NCBI GenBank assembly: GCA_003344405.1
Contig: NOWV01000260.1
Location: 1 to 64,000 of the forward strand
Source: Trichoplax sp. H2
Taxonomy: Eukaryota
DNA: 64,000 nucleotides
Direction: 5' to 3'
Shown here: one piece after another, positions 60,682 through 64,000 of the stretch
How the letters are laid out: each line of letters begins with the position of its first letter
How positions within the stretch are numbered: position 1 is the stretch's first letter
Made by a program: the position numbers and the translations under genes
Notes under the pieces: generated by a model
Databases searched by the model: none
Told to the model about the DNA's origin: nothing
What the model saw: only the letters and a program-made list of their open reading frames with translations

Positions 60682-62193
60682 ATGGCTTTACAAGAGCTTT
60701 TAACATCTTCCATTTCTTTACGAGAGATTTTATTACCAATAGTGATGGTGTTATTATGCTATGGATTTATACATAAACTTTATGACGATTACTATAGACC
60801 ATACAGACGTTTAAGAAAATGTGGACTCAAAATGCCTATCCCTAAACCATTTGCTGGTAACGTTATGGATTACGGATCCAGAGATCAGCATACCGCTCAG
60901 ATAAAAAGACAAGAATTATATGGCAATGTCTATGGTACTTTCATATTTTGTGCTCCAACCATATGGATAGGAGATCCAGAAATGCTCAAAGCAGTTATGG
61001 TCAAGGATTTCGCTAATTTTACTAACCGCTATGCATTAGTTAGTTTAATGAGGCCTTTTGACAAAACACTTTTGCGCTTGACGAATAAAGACTGGAAAAG
61101 AGTAAGGACTACTCTAGTTCCTACCTTTAGTGCATCAAAATTAAAGACCATTCTTCCATTTATTAGAGTAGCTAGTGATAATTTAGTTGATAAATTATTC
61201 CAAGTTGAAGTCAATAGAAAAGCTGTTAATATATGGCAGCTTTGTGGTCAATTTACTATGCGAGTCATCTTAGCAACAGCTTTTGGCATTGAGTTCGAAT
61301 CAGAAGAACATGAAGCTAAAATCACTAAAGCTGCAGGAATGATACTTAGAGATACCAATACTTTTGTTCAATTTTTTGTAGTTTATGCGTCACCATTATT
61401 CAAGATCTTGGAGCCGGTTGTTGGAGGAGATATTATGAAATCAATCAATTTATTAACCGAAACAATTGAGCAAGTTATTTGTCAACGACGGAAAAACTTA
61501 AAAGAAGGCATACCCTGTCGAAAAGATATTTTACAACATATGATTGAGGCTGGTAATTCTGACAACATTAGCGATGAAGAAATTATCGCTCAAGCAGTAA
61601 TTTTCCTTATTGCCGGTCATGAAACTACTGCTAACACATTAGCTCTGGCTTCGTATTCGCTAGCCACGAATCCTGAGACTCAAGAAAAGTTAATTACGGA
61701 AATCGATGATAAATGCCCAAATGCAAGTAATCTCGACTATGAAACATTATCGACTTTACCTTATCTCGAAATGGTAATATCAGAAACACTAAGAATGTAT
61801 CCAGCAGGATTTTTTGTCAATCGATGTGCAAAGGAAGACATCATTATAAATGGCATAGATATACCCAAAAACTCAATGATAGGACTTCCAATTTATGCTG
61901 TACATCATAACCCTCAGTTCTGGCCTGATCCTGAATGTTTCATTCCCGAACGATTTACCCCGGAGGCTAAAGCAAAGCATCATCCGTATAGTTACATTCC
62001 CTTCGGTGGTGGACCTCGAAATTGTATTGGAATGCGATTGGCTTTATTGGAGACAAAATTTGCTTTAGTTAGAATTTTACAAAACGTTAAATTAGTAGCA
62101 GTAAAAGAAACTCAGATTCCATTAAAGTTGAAAACTGGAGCTACATTATCTCCGGCTAACGGTGTATATGTGGGAATCCAAAGGAGACATTAG
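60682..62193 (+). CDS. Cytochrome P450, CYP3-clan-like, copy 4 (intronless CDS, 503 aa)
   Basis: WKRVRTTLVPTFS, AGHETT, ETLR, PERF and PFGGGPRNCIG. By eye it is closest to copy 3. Confidence 0.96.
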   Translation: MALQELLTSSISLREILLPIVMVLLCYGFIHKLYDDYYRPYRRLRKCGLKMPIPKPFAGNVMDYGSRDQHTAQIKRQELYGNVYGTFIFCAPTIWIGDPEMLKAVMVKDFANFTNRYALVSLMRPFDKTLLRLTNKDWKRVRTTLVPTFSASKLKTILPFIRVASDNLVDKLFQVEVNRKAVNIWQLCGQFTMRVILATAFGIEFESEEHEAKITKAAGMILRDTNTFVQFFVVYASPLFKILEPVVGGDIMKSINLLTETIEQVICQRRKNLKEGIPCRKDILQHMIEAGNSDNISDEEIIAQAVIFLIAGHETTANTLALASYSLATNPETQEKLITEIDDKCPNASNLDYETLSTLPYLEMVISETLRMYPAGFFVNRCAKEDIIINGIDIPKNSMIGLPIYAVHHNPQFWPDPECFIPERFTPEAKAKHHPYSYIPFGGGPRNCIGMRLALLETKFALVRILQNVKLVAVKETQIPLKLKTGATLSPANGVYVGIQRRH

Positions 62194-64000
62194 GGAGGAA
62201 GACTTTTCGCTATGGCATGTAAGAATATTACAATTCATTTGTATTTAATATTCTTGCTGCTGGTAATAATCTGTTAGAAGACACAAAAGCATATTTAACT
62301 ACATTAAAATATGTATATGCCACGGTACGAATCACCGTGAAGAGTAAATGACTAAATTTAGTGGTTAACATTTATACATGGAGATAACTAATAATGACTT
62401 ACTGTATAGTAAAAGTTCTGATACGATAACTAATGTTAATGATTATACTATTATGTCTTGTGACGCTTGTGATGACTATCCTGAAGATATTCAATTATAG
62501 ATAATACTATAAATAATTCTGCGTTAGGACATAGTGCCACCTAATTATCTAGAATCATTCAGTACATGTCTAAGATTAAGAATAATTTCTGTATTAATTG
62601 ATCTATCCAATGTGAACCAAATTTCATGAACTGTTAGACTCATATATGATAGCAGCTGCCGAAGGGTATTTAAGTTCGGCAGTTAATTGCATATAAGCGG
62701 AGTTCTATAGTTGTTTAGCGTAGAAGTAAAGGTGTCTAAGTTCTTGTGTGATAGTTAAGGGATACTGAATCCCGGAGACTATAGTGATTTGAAGAGTTAT
62801 TTTACTTTATCTTTGTCACGAAACTGGTATATGACAGTATATAGTAAAGATAATCACATGCGGACACTGATTCTTCAACTACGATGTATTTACGAATCTC
62901 TGTGGATAATGATATCAATTGGCTATGACAAATACTAGAACTTATAAATGGTAGAATGTTGATATTTTATTCAATTTAACTGTGGATGTTTGGCGTGGTA
63001 TTTAACTAATGACATCACTACTTTGCCATCATAAACCCCATGGTTTTATCTTGTTATATAAATATGTACATTGAATATACGTGTAAGGATTATAGCAGAA
63101 TACTGCAATATGATCGTATTGATTCTATCATGGTCTCTAGAGCCAATAACAATAAGTTTACTGCTATTTGAGAATTTCAATCAGTAAATATGCTTACCGA
63201 GCTAAACTGATCAAACGCCTTGATCCAATTATACGATCGTTACTATACCTATGAGCATCGTATCAGCTTATGAACTTATTGCAGTTTTGGGTACCTCTAG
63301 AGTATGTACTTAAATGTTCATATGTATGCAGAATTTAGTTGCAATAATAACCCAAAAGCTGTCAAATCTATTGGTTTCCACGCCAACACCACGATACTTG
63401 TTGAACACTTGAAATAAAGTAATTTGTTCAAGCAGCGCCGAATATGGCAATGATGCACTAGACATTCGTGAATTTTACTATCATTAGACCTGGAAGCTAC
63501 TTAGTACAGAGTTCTTTACTTTACTGAGAACTACAGACTTGTTTACAACAGTAGAACAAGATCTTCGATCACTTATTAAATAATATCAACTATGCCAATC
63601 CTTTTACTACAGTTACTCTCGTCTTGCTGATTTGCGTCCAACTTTCATATGTCAAAACTTATTTCTCTCAACTGTATTGCGCTGCTGTATTGATATTAGG
63701 CGGGATCAGAGGAAAAACTAATGCTGTTTTATTTTTACCTCGAATGGGTGGAAATATCATCCTGTACATGTATTGACGTTGTTTGAACTACAGTATGTCA
63801 GTATGCTGCTATATCACTGCGCTATTTTAAATACTCCTCCTTCTGACATTACTGTGCAAATAACATAATTATAATTACAATCGAATAGACAAGGCTAATA
63901 TGTGAAGTTTGCAATTCATACAGCGCAATTTCGATATGGTAATCTTTAAGTACTGATTATGTTTTCCGTATTTATTTTGCATAATAATTGGCGTGTGCCG

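Noticed and set aside
51484..61214. Antisense ORFs inside the CYP genes (also 44567-44875, 47857-48201, 13559-13825, 3747-4058)
   Set aside because: Shadow frames on the opposite strand of real coding exons.
62194..64000. Further CYP copy or pseudogene after copy 4
   Set aside because: No P450 motifs or long ORF are visible in the remaining 1.8 kb.

Overview
Eukaryotic (animal) genomic DNA: AT-rich and gene-dense, with many short GT-AG introns. The style resembles a compact early-branching metazoan such as a placozoan, but this is inference only. Spliced genes reconstructed by hand: RECQL5 (+), FAM162/UPF0389 (-), WDCP/C2orf44 (+), three tandem classical SDR oxidoreductases (-), IFT88 (+), WBP4 (-) and a firefly-luciferase/4CL-like acyl-CoA synthetase (-). 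The synthetase lies head-to-head with four tandem CYP3-clan-like P450s (+) whose coding regions lack introns. Non-coding features include palindromic TACTGTACAG-type islands near gene 5' ends, several 2-3x tandem duplications of 100-390 bp (mostly at 5' ends), an RFX X-box upstream of IFT88, a probable GC-AG intron in WDCP, and a triplicated WBP4 5' exon carrying a split start codon. No tRNA, rRNA, CRISPR array or transposase was recognised. No new biological system is proven. The best candidates are a putative acyl-CoA synthetase/P450 metabolic cluster, the WBP4 split-ATG exon triplication and the palindromic promoter islands.
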